Shown here piece by piece: positions 39,881 to 50,179 of a stretch of 64,000 nucleotides of DNA (its first letter is position 1; the number at the start of each line of letters is the position of its first letter). Made by a program: the position numbers and the translations under genes. The stretch spans positions 1,202 to 65,201 of the forward strand of contig JBFLWE010000020.1 in assembly GCA_040758375.1 (NCBI GenBank), written 5' to 3'. The DNA comes from Pseudomonadota bacterium. GTDB lineage: Bacteria; Pseudomonadota; Gammaproteobacteria; Burkholderiales; Burkholderiaceae_C. A model generated the notes under the pieces. The model had not been told where the DNA came from. It ran no database searches and saw nothing but the letters and a program-made list of their open reading frames with translations.

Positions 39881-40381
39881 GTGTCTGCGGCCCCGGTGCG
39901 CAAGCTGACGCAGACCGTCGACTTCGAACGCGTGCTCGCCGCGCCCACCCGGGCGCGCAGCCCGCATTTCGCCGTTCATCATTTGGCGGCCGCGCCGCAG
40001 CCGCGGCGAGCCGGCGTGCCGGCGCCCGGCTCGCAACCGTCTTCCGGGCCGCTTGTCCTCGAGTTGTCCACGGCTGGTGCACCAGCGCCGGGCGAACCTG
40101 TGGATAAGTCTTCTGCACCGGCCTCGTCAGCCCCTGCGGGGTGGTGGCTGGGCACCGTGGTGCCCAAGCGGCACGCCAAGCGTGCCGTGACCCGCGCGCT
40201 GCTCAAGCGCCAGATGCGCGTGGCGGTGGAGCGCCACGCGCATCACCTGCCAGCCGGCTTGTGGGTGCTGCGCCTGCGCAGCCCGTTCGACCGCCAGCAG
40301 TTCCCCAGTGCCGCGTCCGATGCCTTGCGTGCTGCCGTGCGTGCCGAGCTCGACGCGGTGCTGCAGCGGGCCGCGCGCTAG
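39881..40381 (+). CDS. rnpA: ribonuclease P protein component, with a Pro/Ala/Ser-rich insertion
   Basis: GTG at 39881. N-terminal [13 protein letters not shown]...SPHFAVHHL and the RNR-like motif [21 protein letters not shown]. About 50 extra low-complexity residues lie between them. Position after rpmH supports the call. Start codon uncertain. Confidence 0.8.
   Translation: MSAAPVRKLTQTVDFERVLAAPTRARSPHFAVHHLAAAPQPRRAGVPAPGSQPSSGPLVLELSTAGAPAPGEPVDKSSAPASSAPAGWWLGTVVPKRHAKRAVTRALLKRQMRVAVERHAHHLPAGLWVLRLRSPFDRQQFPSAASDALRAAVRAELDAVLQRAAR
40099..40107. promoter_or_regulatory. consensus DnaA box TGTGGATAA inside rnpA
   Basis: Exact reverse complement of TTATCCACA. It lies within the rnpA low-complexity insertion (codons for P-V-D-K). 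Confidence 0.45.
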
Positions 40382-40401
40382 AGGCGCGCCGCCCTTCGCC
40401 G

Positions 40402-40755
40402 ATGAACGCGCCTCAGACGCTGTTCCGCCTGCCGCTGCGACGCTGGCCCCAGCAGGGCTTGATCGGGCTGGTGCGTTTTTACCGCTACTTCCTGAGTCCT
40501 TGGCTGGGCAGCGCCTGCCGCTTCGAGCCGACCTGCTCGGCGTATGCGCTGCAGGCCTTGCAGCGCCACGGAGCGGCCGCCGGCAGCGCACTGGCGGCTC
40601 GCCGCCTTTTGCGTTGCCATCCCTGGTGCGCTGGCGGGCACGATCCGGTGCCAGCGCAGGCGCCACGCCTATTCACTCGGTGGCAGGCCCACCCTGAAGA
40701 CACACCTCAGGACGCCGGCCCCGATTCCACAGCTTCTACTTCGACTTCGCCATGA
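40402..40755 (+). CDS. yidD: membrane protein insertion efficiency factor
   Basis: ATG at 40402 in ORF 40141..40755. Conserved [38 protein letters not shown]...RLLRCHPW. It has a roughly 35-residue C-terminal tail and an ATGA overlap with yidC. Confidence 0.85.
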   Translation: MNAPQTLFRLPLRRWPQQGLIGLVRFYRYFLSPWLGSACRFEPTCSAYALQALQRHGAAAGSALAARRLLRCHPWCAGGHDPVPAQAPRLFTRWQAHPEDTPQDAGPDSTASTSTSP

Positions 40756-42431
40756 ACGACATCCGCCGCACCATGCTGTGGGTCGTGTTCGCCTCGTCCC
40801 TGTTGTTTCTCTGGGATGCCTGGAACACGCAGAACGGCCAACCTTCACTCTTCAGCTTCGGCGCGCCGCGGCCGGCAGCCACTGCCGCGTCGGCGGGCCC
40901 TGCGGGCCCGGGGGCCAGCGCGCAGCTGCCCACGCCCAGCAGCACGGGGGCGCCCGCCACGATGGCGGCCGCTGCGCCGACGGCCACACCCGCCGCCGCG
41001 GCCGCGGGCGAGCCCATCACGGTCACTACCGACCTCTACAAAGCCACGTTCGACACCCGCGGCGGCGACCTGGTGCGGCTGGAGCTGCTGAAGCAGCTGG
41101 ACGACCTGGATGCGAAGCGCAACGTGGTGCTGTTCGACCGCAGCCCGCAGCGCTTTTACGTGGCGCAGACCGGCCTGGTGTCGGCGGCGGTGCCGCAGCT
41201 GCCCAACCACCAGACCCTGATGGTCGCCAAGCCCGGCGAACGCACGCTGCAGCCCGAGGCGAAGCAGCTGCGGCTGGTGTTCGAGTCGCCGGTCGTGGGG
41301 GGCGTCAAGCTGGTGAAGACCTACACCTTCGAGCGCGGCCGCCACACGTTGGGCGTGCGCCATGAAGTGCTGAACAGCGGCACCGAGCCGGTCGCGCCGC
41401 AGCTGTACGTGCAGCTGATGCGCGACGGCAAGCCGATGCCCAACGAGTCGTCCTTCTACAGCACCTTCACCGGCCCGGCGCTGTACACCGAGGCCAACAA
41501 GTACCAGAAGATCGACTTCGCCGACATCGACAAGGGCAAGGTCGACATCCCCAAGAGCGGTGACAGCGGCTGGGTCGCGATGGTGCAGCACTACTTCGCC
41601 AGCGCCTGGCTGTTGCCCGAGAAGGTGCAGCGCGAGTTCTACGTGAACAAGGTCGACAACGCGTTCTATGCGATCGGCGAGCTGGTGCCGCTGGGCAGCC
41701 TGGCGCCGGGTGCGACGAAGACGCAGGACGCGACGCTGTTCGCCGGGCCGCAGGAAGAGAACGTGCTGGCCGCGCTGGCGCCGGGGCTCGAGCACGTGAA
41801 GGACTATGGCATCTTCACCATCCTGGCCAAGCCGCTGTTCTGGCTGCTCGACCAGCTGCACGGCTGGATCGGCAACTGGGGCTGGGCCATCGTGGCGCTG
41901 GTGGTGGTGCTGAAGATCGCGTTCTACTGGCTCAACGCGAGCGCCTACCGCTCGATGGCCAAGATGAAGGCGGTGAACCCGCGCATCCAGGAGATGCGCG
42001 AGCGCCTGAAGGACAAGCCGCAGCAGATGCAGCAGGAGATGATGCGCATCTACCGCGAGGAGAAGATCAACCCGCTGGGCGGCTGCCTGCCGATCTTCAT
42101 CCAGATGCCGTTCTTCATTGCGCTGTACTGGGTGCTGCTGTCCAGCGTCGAGATGCGCCACGCGCCCTGGATCGGCTGGATCACCGACCTGTCGGCCAAG
42201 GACCCGTACTACATCCTGCCGCTGCTGATGACGGCTTCGACGCTGCTGCAGACCTGGCTCAACCCGGCGCCGGCCGATCCGGTGCAGGCCAAGATGATGT
42301 GGATCATGCCGCTGGCCTTCTCGGTGATGTTCTTCGTCTTCCCGTCCGGCCTGGTGCTGTACTGGCTGACCAACAACATCCTGTCGATTGCCCAGCAATG
42401 GCTGATCAACCGGCAGCTCGGCGTCAAATAA
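40752..42431 (+). CDS. yidC: membrane protein insertase
   Basis: 559 aa. N-terminal TM, large periplasmic domain, C-terminal 60-kDa insertase core ([44 protein letters not shown]). Confidence 0.95.
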   Translation: MNDIRRTMLWVVFASSLLFLWDAWNTQNGQPSLFSFGAPRPAATAASAGPAGPGASAQLPTPSSTGAPATMAAAAPTATPAAAAAGEPITVTTDLYKATFDTRGGDLVRLELLKQLDDLDAKRNVVLFDRSPQRFYVAQTGLVSAAVPQLPNHQTLMVAKPGERTLQPEAKQLRLVFESPVVGGVKLVKTYTFERGRHTLGVRHEVLNSGTEPVAPQLYVQLMRDGKPMPNESSFYSTFTGPALYTEANKYQKIDFADIDKGKVDIPKSGDSGWVAMVQHYFASAWLLPEKVQREFYVNKVDNAFYAIGELVPLGSLAPGATKTQDATLFAGPQEENVLAALAPGLEHVKDYGIFTILAKPLFWLLDQLHGWIGNWGWAIVALVVVLKIAFYWLNASAYRSMAKMKAVNPRIQEMRERLKDKPQQMQQEMMRIYREEKINPLGGCLPIFIQMPFFIALYWVLLSSVEMRHAPWIGWITDLSAKDPYYILPLLMTASTLLQTWLNPAPADPVQAKMMWIMPLAFSVMFFVFPSGLVLYWLTNNILSIAQQWLINRQLGVK

Positions 42432-42663
42432 GCCGCAGCCTTCGCGCTCAACCGAAGCCCGCGGGACGCCGATAACGAGCTCAAGGCAGTGCCGCATCAG
42501 CGGTGCTGCCAAACCATGCGGGGCCCGTGGCCTGCAGACTCATCGGCTCTGCCGGGCCGATGATCTGGCCGGCCCGTTGGAGCGCGACCGTGGGCGTCCA
42601 CGAGGACTCCCCGGCGCTCCGCCCCGCGCCAGCCGACCGCGGCCGGCCAGCGACAATGCGCGC

Positions 42664-44046
42664 ATGCTGCCGCGTCACCAGGACCCGATCGTCGCGATTG
42701 CCACGGCCCCCGGCCGGGGCGCGGTGGGCATCGTGCGTGCCTCGGGACGCAACCTGGCGCCGCTGATCGCGGCCGTGTGCGGCCAGCCGCTGAAGCCGCG
42801 CCATGCCACCTACCTGGCCTTTGCCGACGCCGCCGGCGAGCCGATCGACCAGGGCTTGGCGATCCACTTTCCGGCACCGCATTCCTACACCGGCGAAGAG
42901 GTGCTGGAACTGCAGGCCCACGGCGGGCCGGTGGTGTTGCAACTGCTGCTGGCACGCTGCCTGGAAGCCGGCCGCGGCATCGGCCTGCGTCTGGCGGAGC
43001 CGGGCGAGTTCACCGAGCGGGCGTTTCTCAACGACAAGCTCGACCTGGCCCAGGCCGAGGCCGTGAGCGACCTCATCGAGGCCAGCACCGAGGCGGCGGC
43101 GCGTTCGGCCAGCCGCTCGCTCAGCGGCGCGTTTTCACAGCAGGTCGAAGGCCTGCGGCAGCAGATCGTCGAGCTGCGCATGCTGGTGGAGGCCACGCTC
43201 GACTTTCCGGAGGAAGAGATCGACTTCCTCGAGAAAGCCGATGCGCGCGGCCGCCTTGCGCGGCTGGCGGCCGCGCTGGAGGCGGTGCTCGACCGTGCGC
43301 ACCAGGGTGCGCTGCTGCGCGAGGGCATCAAGGTCGTGCTCGCCGGCCAGCCCAACGTGGGCAAGAGCTCGCTGCTCAACGCGCTGGCCGGCGCGGAGCT
43401 GGCGATCGTGACCCCCATTCCCGGCACCACGCGCGACAAGGTCAGCGAGACCATCCAGGTCGAAGGCGTGCCCTTGCACGTGGTGGACACCGCCGGCTTG
43501 CGCGAGCACACGCATGACGAGGTGGAGCGCATCGGCATCGCGCGCAGCTGGAGCGAGATCGAAGGCGCCGACGCGGTGATCTTCCTGCACGACCTGACGC
43601 GGCAGCACGATGCGGCCTACCGCCAGGGCGACGAGCGCATCGCAGGACGCCTGGGCCTGCAAGGCGGCGCCTGGGCGGCGCACCCGCGCGTGCTGCAGGT
43701 GTTCAACAAGGCCGACGCCGCCGACGCCGCCGTGCCGGGCCTGAAGCTCTCCGCGCGCACCGGCGAAGGCCTGCAGGCCCTGCGCCAGGCCTTGCTCGAG
43801 CGTGCCGGCTGGCATGCCTCGCCAGAGGGCGTGTTCATTGCCCGCACCCGGCACCTCAAGGCCCTGGAACGCACGCGAGAACACCTGCGCGAAGCGCAGG
43901 CGCTGGCTGACAGCCCCGACCCCGCACTGGACCTGCTGGCCGAAGAGCTGCGCCTCGCGCACAACGCGCTGGGCGAAATCACCGGCGCCTTCAGCGCTGA
44001 CGACCTGCTGGGCGAGATCTTCAGCCGCTTCTGCATCGGCAAGTAG
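42664..44046 (+). CDS. mnmE: tRNA modification GTPase
   Basis: ATG at 42664 (Met30 of ORF 42577..44046). [23 protein letters not shown]1 [13 protein letters not shown]3 DTAGLR, NKAD, and the C-terminal FCIGK motif. Confidence 0.93.
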   Translation: MLPRHQDPIVAIATAPGRGAVGIVRASGRNLAPLIAAVCGQPLKPRHATYLAFADAAGEPIDQGLAIHFPAPHSYTGEEVLELQAHGGPVVLQLLLARCLEAGRGIGLRLAEPGEFTERAFLNDKLDLAQAEAVSDLIEASTEAAARSASRSLSGAFSQQVEGLRQQIVELRMLVEATLDFPEEEIDFLEKADARGRLARLAAALEAVLDRAHQGALLREGIKVVLAGQPNVGKSSLLNALAGAELAIVTPIPGTTRDKVSETIQVEGVPLHVVDTAGLREHTHDEVERIGIARSWSEIEGADAVIFLHDLTRQHDAAYRQGDERIAGRLGLQGGAWAAHPRVLQVFNKADAADAAVPGLKLSARTGEGLQALRQALLERAGWHASPEGVFIARTRHLKALERTREHLREAQALADSPDPALDLLAEELRLAHNALGEITGAFSADDLLGEIFSRFCIGK

Positions 44047-44086
44047 CGCCGGCAGGCACGGGGGCTGCCGGGACTTGGCATCTCCC

Positions 44087-44332
44087 ATGTTCTTCCCGAA
44101 GCACGCCATGCCAGACGAAACGGACCCGCGCGCCACCCCCGAGCGCATCGACACCAGCCGCGACCCCGAACTGCGCGCCTGGGCGAAGAAGCTCGATGCC
44201 ACGCCCGAGCAGATCAAGGAGGCGGTGCAGGCCGTCGGTGATCGAGCGGACGAGGTGGAAGCGCATCTCAAGGGTGTGCGCAGCACCACCAACCGCGAAC
44301 GCGTGACGCGCAGCAGCGGCGGCAGGGGTTGA
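44087..44332 (+). CDS. DUF3606-like small protein
   Basis: ATG at 44087 (alternative at 44108) in ORF 43802..44332. The core RIDTSRDPELRAWAKKLDATPEQIKEAVQAVGDRADEVEAHLK resembles DUF3606 as I recall it. Confidence 0.5.
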   Translation: MFFPKHAMPDETDPRATPERIDTSRDPELRAWAKKLDATPEQIKEAVQAVGDRADEVEAHLKGVRSTTNRERVTRSSGGRG

Positions 44333-44428
44333 AAGGCCCTTGCTGTATCGGAAAGTAAAACCCCGTCGCAAAAGGACGGGCGGCCGGCCGGCTCCGACGG
44401 GCGGGGCCGACCCCCCGGGGCTGTGCGG

Positions 44429-44458
44429 TTGTGGTGCACGAGGGGCCACTCGGATAAT
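44429..44458 (+). promoter_or_regulatory. candidate sigma70-type promoter upstream of the cNMP-binding gene
   Basis: TTGTGG (44429-44434), 18 nt spacer, GATAAT (44453-44458), about 33 nt before the GTG at 44491. Motif match only. Confidence 0.25.
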
Positions 44459-44490
44459 GGCTCATCGTTCACCCTTGCCCAGACACCATC

Positions 44491-44994
44491 GTGCTGCGCG
44501 CCTCCCCCATGCCCACGGCCTCCTCCACGGACATCGAGCCGCTGATCCATGCGGTGCAGACGCTCAATGCCGAAGACGCGTTTGCGGTGCGGCTGACGCT
44601 CGAGCAATGGCGCACGCTGGGCTCCTATCTCACCCGGCACGAGATCCGCCCCAATGACCTGCTGATCCAGCAGGGCGACCGCGAACGCACCATGTACCTG
44701 GTGGAACAGGGCAACCTGCAGGTGTTCGTGAACCGCGGCGCGCCGGGCGCGAACCGTATCGCGATCCTGCGTGCGGGCTCGGTGGTCGGCGAGCCGGCCC
44801 TGTTCGGCGACGGTCCGCGCATGGCCAATGTGGAAGCCATGAACAGCTGCGTGGTGTGGGCGCTGCGCGGTCCGCGCATGGAAGAGCTGTCCGCCCGCCT
44901 GCCGGCGCTGGCGCTGGAAGTGCTGCGCGCGGCCGGGGCGGTGCTTTCCGCGCGCATGCGCGCCAACATGGAGCGCGGCATCCCGGTTTGCTGA
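44491..44994 (+). CDS. cyclic-nucleotide-binding domain protein (stand-alone)
   Basis: 167 aa. cNMP-binding-like core LLIQQGDRERTMYLVEQGNLQVF...ILRAGSVVGEPALFG. No attached DNA-binding domain. Start is GTG 44491 or ATG 44509. Confidence 0.65.
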   Translation: MLRASPMPTASSTDIEPLIHAVQTLNAEDAFAVRLTLEQWRTLGSYLTRHEIRPNDLLIQQGDRERTMYLVEQGNLQVFVNRGAPGANRIAILRAGSVVGEPALFGDGPRMANVEAMNSCVVWALRGPRMEELSARLPALALEVLRAAGAVLSARMRANMERGIPVC

Positions 44995-45039
44995 GGCCCC
45001 CGGCCGCCAGGGCGGCCGTCCCCCGAGGGCGGGTGATGG

Positions 45040-47037
45040 CTATTCGTGCAGCAGGCGGGCCTCGGCCAGCGACAGCGGCTCCGGCAGGCCCGAGAGCACC
45101 AATGTGTCGCCGGCGCCCAGCGCCGTGTCCTCGTCGGTCGGGATCACCCGACCGTCGGCGCGGCGCAGCGACACCACCTGCACGCCGAGGCCTTGCAGCG
45201 CCAACTCATGCAGTCGCCGGCCCAGGGCGGGCGCGCCGGGCGGCAGGTTCACGCTGAGCAGGCGCGCCTGGTCCAGTTCTTCCACCGTGTCGTCGTCGGC
45301 GCCGTGGAAGTAGCCGCGCAGCAGCCCGTAGCGCGCGTCGCGCGCCTCGCGCGTGATGCGCAGCACGCGCCGCATCGGCACGCCCACCAGCGCCAGGGCA
45401 TGGCTGGCCAGCATCAGCGAGCCCTCGATGGCCTCGGGTACCACCTCGGTCGCACCGGCGGCGCGCAGGCGCTCCAGGTCGGTGTCGTCGATCGTGCGCA
45501 CTACCACCGGTACCGTGGGCGCGTGCTCGCGCACGTGGTGCAGGATCTTCAGCGCCGAGGGCGTGTCGTGGTGGCTGATCACCACGGCGCTGGCGCGCGC
45601 CAGGCCGGCGGCCATCAGGCTGGGCAGCTTGGCGGCGTCGCCGAACACCACCTGCTGGCCTGCCGCCGTGGCCTGCCGCACCCGGTCGGGGTCCAGGTCC
45701 AGTGCCATGTAGGGGATGTGTTCCGCTTCCAACAGGCGCGCGAGGTTCTGGCCGCTGCGGCCGAAGCCGCAGATGATCACGTGCTTCTCGGTGCGGATGG
45801 CCTTCTTCGCGATGCTGGTCAGCGCCACCGACTGCATCAGCCAGTCGGTGGCCGACAGCCGCATGACGATGCGGTTGCTGTACATCACGATGAACGGCGT
45901 GGCCAGCATCGACAGCACCATGCTGGCGAGCACCGCGTTCTCCAGCGCCGGCGGCAGCAGCTGCCCTTCGCGTGCCAATGCCAGCAGCACGAAGCCGAAC
46001 TCGCCGGCCTGCGCGAGGTACAGACCGGTGCGCAAGGCCACGCCCGGCGCGGCGCCGAAGGCACGCGCGAGCAGCGTGACCAGCCCGAACTTGAACAGCA
46101 CCGGCAGCACAGCCAACAGCAGCACCAGCGGCCATTGCCGCGCCACCACACCCAGGTCGAGCTGCATGCCCACGGTGATGAAGAACAGGCCCAGCAGCAC
46201 GTCGTGGAACGGCCGGATGTCGGTCTCCACCTGGTGCTTGTATTCGGTTTCGGCGATCAGCATGCCGGCGATGAAGGCGCCCAGCGCCAGCGACAGCCCC
46301 GCCAGCTCGGTCAGCCAAGCCAGCCCCAGCGTGACCAGCAGCAGGTTCAGCACGAACAGCTCCTCGCTCTTGCGCCGCGCCACCAGCGTGAGCCACCAGC
46401 GCATCACGCGCTGCCCGCCCACCAGCAGCACCGCGAGCAGTGCCGCCGCCTTGATGCCGGCCAGCAGCAGCGCGCGTCCCAGCGCCTGCGGCTCCGACCC
46501 CAGCGCGGGTATCAGCACCAGCAGCGGCACCACCGCCAGGTCCTGGAACAGCAGCACGCCCATCACGCGACGGCCGTGTTCGCTGTCGAGCTCCAGCCGC
46601 TCGGCCATGAGCTTGACGACGATGGCGGTGCTGCTCATTGCCAGCGCGCCGCCGAGCGCCAGACTGCTCTGCCATGACAGCGGCCAGGCGCGGCCCAGGG
46701 CCGCGAAGCCGAACGCGAGCGTCGCGTTGCCCACCAGTGCGGCCAGCATGGTCAGCGCCACCTGGCTCAACCCCAGCCCGAACACCAGCTTGCGCATGCT
46801 GCGCAGCTTGGGCAGGTTGAACTCCAGCCCGATCACGAACATCAGGAACACCACGCCGAACTCGGCCAGGTGCCGCATTGCATCGGTGCCCTGTGCCAGG
46901 TCGAGCGCGCGCGGGCCGATCGCCACGCCCACCGCCAGATAGCCCAGCATCGGCGGCAGCCGCAACGAGCGACACAACACGACGCCCAGCACCGCGGCGA
47001 CGAGATACAGCAGCACGAGTTCGAGCGTGGACGTCAT
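45040..47037 (-). CDS. monovalent cation:proton antiporter-2 (CPA2, KefB/YbaL-like) with TrkA-N and TrkA-C domains
   Basis: ATG at 47035-47037 gives 665 aa starting MTSTLELVLLYLVAAVLGVVLCRSLRLPPMLGYLAVG. About 12 TM helices, a Rossmann motif VIICGFGRSGQ, and a C-terminal RCK_C-like region. The upper part of ORF 45040..47979 is antisense to kdsD and is rejected. Confidence 0.88.
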   Translation of the reverse strand: MTSTLELVLLYLVAAVLGVVLCRSLRLPPMLGYLAVGVAIGPRALDLAQGTDAMRHLAEFGVVFLMFVIGLEFNLPKLRSMRKLVFGLGLSQVALTMLAALVGNATLAFGFAALGRAWPLSWQSSLALGGALAMSSTAIVVKLMAERLELDSEHGRRVMGVLLFQDLAVVPLLVLIPALGSEPQALGRALLLAGIKAAALLAVLLVGGQRVMRWWLTLVARRKSEELFVLNLLLVTLGLAWLTELAGLSLALGAFIAGMLIAETEYKHQVETDIRPFHDVLLGLFFITVGMQLDLGVVARQWPLVLLLAVLPVLFKFGLVTLLARAFGAAPGVALRTGLYLAQAGEFGFVLLALAREGQLLPPALENAVLASMVLSMLATPFIVMYSNRIVMRLSATDWLMQSVALTSIAKKAIRTEKHVIICGFGRSGQNLARLLEAEHIPYMALDLDPDRVRQATAAGQQVVFGDAAKLPSLMAAGLARASAVVISHHDTPSALKILHHVREHAPTVPVVVRTIDDTDLERLRAAGATEVVPEAIEGSLMLASHALALVGVPMRRVLRITREARDARYGLLRGYFHGADDDTVEELDQARLLSVNLPPGAPALGRRLHELALQGLGVQVVSLRRADGRVIPTDEDTALGAGDTLVLSGLPEPLSLAEARLLHE

Positions 47038-47079
47038 GGGATCTCTAGAATCCCACGATCGTAACCAGCCTTCCCCCCG

Positions 47080-48069
47080 GTGAAACCCAGCACCTCCTTC
47101 GACGCGCAGCGCGCGCTGCAGCTCGCGGCCCAGACCTTCGAGATCGAGGCGCAGGCGCTGCTGGGGCTCAGGGCGCGACAGGGTGAAGGCTTCGCCCGCG
47201 CGGTGCGCAAGATGCTCGAGTGCGAAGGGCGGGTGGTGGTCACCGGCATCGGCAAGAGCGGGCATGTGGCGCGCAAGATCGCCGCCACGCTGGCCTCCAC
47301 GGGCACGCCCTCGTTCTTCGTGCATCCCGCCGAGGCCAGCCATGGCGACCTGGGCATGGTGACCGAGGGAGACGTCGTGCTGGCGCTGTCCAATTCCGGC
47401 GAGGCCGACGAGCTGGTGTCGCTGCTGCCCGCGCTCAAGCGGCTGGACATCACGCTGATCGCGATGACGGGCCGCCCTGAGTCCACGCTCGCCAGGCATG
47501 CCGACATCGTGCTGTCGTGCGCGGTGGACCAGGAAGCGTGTCCACTCAACCTGGCGCCGACGGCCAGCACCACCGCGCAAATGGCCCTGGGCGATGCGCT
47601 GGCCGTCGCGCTGCTCGATGCGCGCGGCTTTCGCGAGGAGGACTTCGCGCGTTCGCACCCCGGCGGCGCCTTGGGCCGCAAGCTGCTGACCCACGTGCGC
47701 GACCTCATGCGCAGCGGCGACGCGTTGCCGCTGGTGGCGCCCGACACGCCGTTCACCGAGATGATGCACGTGATGACGCGCAAGGGCCTGGGCGTCGCGG
47801 TGATCATGCAAGGGGCCCAGGCCGCCGGCATCTTCACCGACGGCGACCTGCGCCGCTTGATCGAGCGCGGCGGCGTCGAACTGCGCACCTTGTGCGCCGG
47901 CGAAGTGATGCATGCCAACCCGCGGCGCATCCGCGACGATGCGCTGGCGGTGGAAGCGGCCGAGCTGATGGAGCAGCACCGCATCACGCTGGTGCTGGTG
48001 GTGGACGCGGCCGACCAGCTCGTCGGTGCGTTGAGCATCAACGACCTGATGCGCGCCAAGGTGATCTGA
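47080..48069 (+). CDS. kdsD: arabinose-5-phosphate isomerase (KpsF/GutQ family, SIS + 2 CBS)
   Basis: GTG start, 329 aa. SIS motif VVVTGIGKSGHVARKIAATLASTGTPSFFVHPAEASHGDLG and a tandem CBS C-terminus. Confidence 0.88.
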   Translation: MKPSTSFDAQRALQLAAQTFEIEAQALLGLRARQGEGFARAVRKMLECEGRVVVTGIGKSGHVARKIAATLASTGTPSFFVHPAEASHGDLGMVTEGDVVLALSNSGEADELVSLLPALKRLDITLIAMTGRPESTLARHADIVLSCAVDQEACPLNLAPTASTTAQMALGDALAVALLDARGFREEDFARSHPGGALGRKLLTHVRDLMRSGDALPLVAPDTPFTEMMHVMTRKGLGVAVIMQGAQAAGIFTDGDLRRLIERGGVELRTLCAGEVMHANPRRIRDDALAVEAAELMEQHRITLVLVVDAADQLVGALSINDLMRAKVI

Positions 48070-48659
48070 TGGCCGGCGCAGCGCTGAAACCGGTGTTGCA
48101 GTTCCCCCCCGATCTGCTGCTCAAGGCGCAGGGCGCCGGACTGGGCATGAAGGCGGCGATCTTCGACGTGGATGGCGTGCTGACCGACGGCCGCATCTAC
48201 GTGAACGAGAGCGGCGAGCCCTTCAAGGCGTTCAACACGCTCGACGGCCACGGCCTGAAGCTGCTGGCCAAGGGCGGCATCGTGCCGGTGGTGATCACCG
48301 GCCGCGACTCGCCCGGCGTGCGGCGGCGCATGGCCGAGCTGGGACTGGCGGAGGCCCATTTCGGCGTGCACGACAAGCTGGCGCTGGCCACCTCGCTGCT
48401 CGCGCGGCTGGGCATCGGCTGGGACACGCTGGCGGTGATCGGCGACGACTGGCCCGACCTGCCGCTGATGCAGCGTGCGGCATTTGCTTGTGCGCCCGCC
48501 AATGCGCACGCCGAGGTGAAGGCGGCGGCGCACCATGTCACCGCCGCGGCCGGCGGCGCCGGCGCGGCGCGCGAGTTCTGCGACCTGCTGCTGATGGCCA
48601 GCGGCCGCTACGCCGAGCTGCTGCACGGCCACCTGACCACCCTGGACACCAACGTCTGA
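48069..48659 (+). CDS. kdsC: 3-deoxy-D-manno-octulosonate 8-phosphate phosphatase (HAD)
   Basis: The ATG at 48069 overlaps the kdsD stop. HAD motif I FDVDGVLTDG and motif GDDWPDLP. Sits between kdsD and lptC. Confidence 0.85.
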   Translation: MAGAALKPVLQFPPDLLLKAQGAGLGMKAAIFDVDGVLTDGRIYVNESGEPFKAFNTLDGHGLKLLAKGGIVPVVITGRDSPGVRRRMAELGLAEAHFGVHDKLALATSLLARLGIGWDTLAVIGDDWPDLPLMQRAAFACAPANAHAEVKAAAHHVTAAAGGAGAAREFCDLLLMASGRYAELLHGHLTTLDTNV

Positions 48660-48666
48660 GCCTGCG

Positions 48667-49308
48667 GTGATCCTGCCTGCACCCGCTTCCGGCTCCGCAG
48701 TGCACGTGCCCTGGTCCTGGCGTGTGCGCGAGCTGGTCTCGGCCTACCTGCCGCTGCTGCTGATGCTGCTGCTGGCCCTGGCCACCTGGTGGCTGGTGAA
48801 GAACACGCCCAAGCCGGAGGAGCCGCGCGGGCCGGTGGTGCCGCGCCACGAGCCGGACTACACCATGCAGCGCTTCGCCGTGCAGCGCTTCGCGCCCGAC
48901 GGCCGGCTGCGCGTGCGTATCGAAGGCGAGCAGCTGCGCCACTACCCCGACACCGACACGGTGGAGATCGACACCGTGCGCGTGCACGCCGTGGGCGAGG
49001 ACGGGCGCATCACCGAAGCCACCGCGCGCCAGGCGCTGGCCAACGGCGACGCGAGCGAGGTACAGCTGCTGGGCGGCGCCCAGGTGAGCAGCCGCCTGGC
49101 CGAGCAAGTGCCGATCGAGTTCGAAGGCGAGTTCCTGCATGCATTCCTGCAGACCGAGCGTTTGCGCTCGCATCTGCCGGTGCAGGTGCGGCAAGGGGCC
49201 AACACCGTGCGGGCGCAAGGCCTGGACTACGACAACCTCACGCGCGTGGTGCGGCTGCAAGGGCCGGTGCAGGCGCGCTTTGCGCCGGCCGAGCGGCGCG
49301 GGAGATGA
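48667..49308 (+). CDS. lptC: LPS export system protein LptC
   Basis: GTG start. One N-terminal TM (LPLLLMLLLALATWWLV) followed by a beta-rich periplasmic domain. The call rests on the conserved position after kdsC and on size and architecture. Confidence 0.65.
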   Translation: MILPAPASGSAVHVPWSWRVRELVSAYLPLLLMLLLALATWWLVKNTPKPEEPRGPVVPRHEPDYTMQRFAVQRFAPDGRLRVRIEGEQLRHYPDTDTVEIDTVRVHAVGEDGRITEATARQALANGDASEVQLLGGAQVSSRLAEQVPIEFEGEFLHAFLQTERLRSHLPVQVRQGANTVRAQGLDYDNLTRVVRLQGPVQARFAPAERRGR

Positions 49309-49315
49309 CCACCCC

Positions 49316-50116
49316 ATGACGGATGCTGCCGCTCCGCTCGTCTTCATCACCGGCGCGTCCAGCGGCATCGGCCAGGCGCTGGCCGAGCGCTTCTATGCCG
49401 CCGGCTGGCGCCTGGCCCTGGTGGCGCGGCGCGAGGCCGAACTGCGGGCCTGGGTGGTGGCGCGCGGGCTAGACCCGGCCCGGGTGGCCGTTTATGCGGC
49501 CGACGTGCGCGACGTGGCCTCGATCACCGGTGCAGGCCGTGCCTGCCTCGAGCGGCAAGGCCTGCCCGAAGCGGTGATCGCCAACGCCGGCATCAGCATT
49601 GGCATGGACACCGCCGAAGCTGCCGACTTGGAGGTGATGCGTGCCACCTTCGAAACCAACAACCTCGGCATGGCGGCCACGTTCCAGCCTTTCGTGCGCG
49701 CGATGTGCGAGCGGCGCTCCGGGCGCCTGGTCGGCATCGGCAGCGTGGCAGGCATCCGGGGCCTGCCCGGGCACGGCGCCTACTGCGCCAGCAAAGCGGG
49801 GGTGATCAGTTATTGCGAAAGCCTGCGCGGCGAATGCCGGCCCTTCGGGGTGAAGGTGGTCACCATCTCCCCTGGCTACATCGATACGCCGCTCACGCGG
49901 CACAACCGCTATTCGATGCCCTTCCTGATGAGCCCGCAGGCGTTTGCCGAACGCGCCTTTCTGGCCATCGAGGCCGGCGTGAGCTATCGCGTGATTCCTT
50001 GGCAAATGGGCGTGGCGGCAAAACTCATGCGCATGTTGCCCAATTTCCTGTTTGACCGTTTGTTGGCCGGACGTCCTCGCAAGAGAAGGCAGGAAAACTT
50101 TGCGGACAAAAAGTAA
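49316..50116 (+). CDS. short-chain dehydrogenase/reductase (SDR)
   Basis: ATG at 49316 in ORF 49139..50116. TGASSGIG cofactor motif, NAG, catalytic YCASK. Confidence 0.85.
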   Translation: MTDAAAPLVFITGASSGIGQALAERFYAAGWRLALVARREAELRAWVVARGLDPARVAVYAADVRDVASITGAGRACLERQGLPEAVIANAGISIGMDTAEAADLEVMRATFETNNLGMAATFQPFVRAMCERRSGRLVGIGSVAGIRGLPGHGAYCASKAGVISYCESLRGECRPFGVKVVTISPGYIDTPLTRHNRYSMPFLMSPQAFAERAFLAIEAGVSYRVIPWQMGVAAKLMRMLPNFLFDRLLAGRPRKRRQENFADKK

Positions 50117-50141
50117 AAGGCGGTGGGTTTGCCACCGCCTT
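50117..50141. terminator. bidirectional intrinsic terminator between the convergent SDR and RRM genes
   Basis: AAGGCGGTGG-gtttg-CCACCGCCTT, a perfect 10-bp stem starting right after the SDR stop. It is flanked by an A-run (5') and TT (3'). Confidence 0.6.
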
Positions 50142-50179
50142 GTTCAAACCGGGGCCTGCAGCGGTCCCGATGTAATCAT

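Noticed and set aside
39506-40036. An upstream extension of the dnaA ORF to 40036.
   Set aside because: It would overlap rpmH and rnpA in antisense. The conserved DnaA N-terminus begins at the ATG at 39505, which is preceded by DnaA boxes.
47038-47079. An imperfect palindrome GGGAT-ctctaga-ATCCC in the 42-nt divergent spacer between the CPA2 gene and kdsD.
   Set aside because: It has only a 5-bp stem with an asymmetric centre, which is too weak to call an operator without comparative data.
47038-47979. A 314-codon N-terminal extension of the CPA2 antiporter ORF (45040..47979).
   Set aside because: The extension is antisense to kdsD and low-complexity. The antiporter family starts with the TM helix found at the ATG at 47037.
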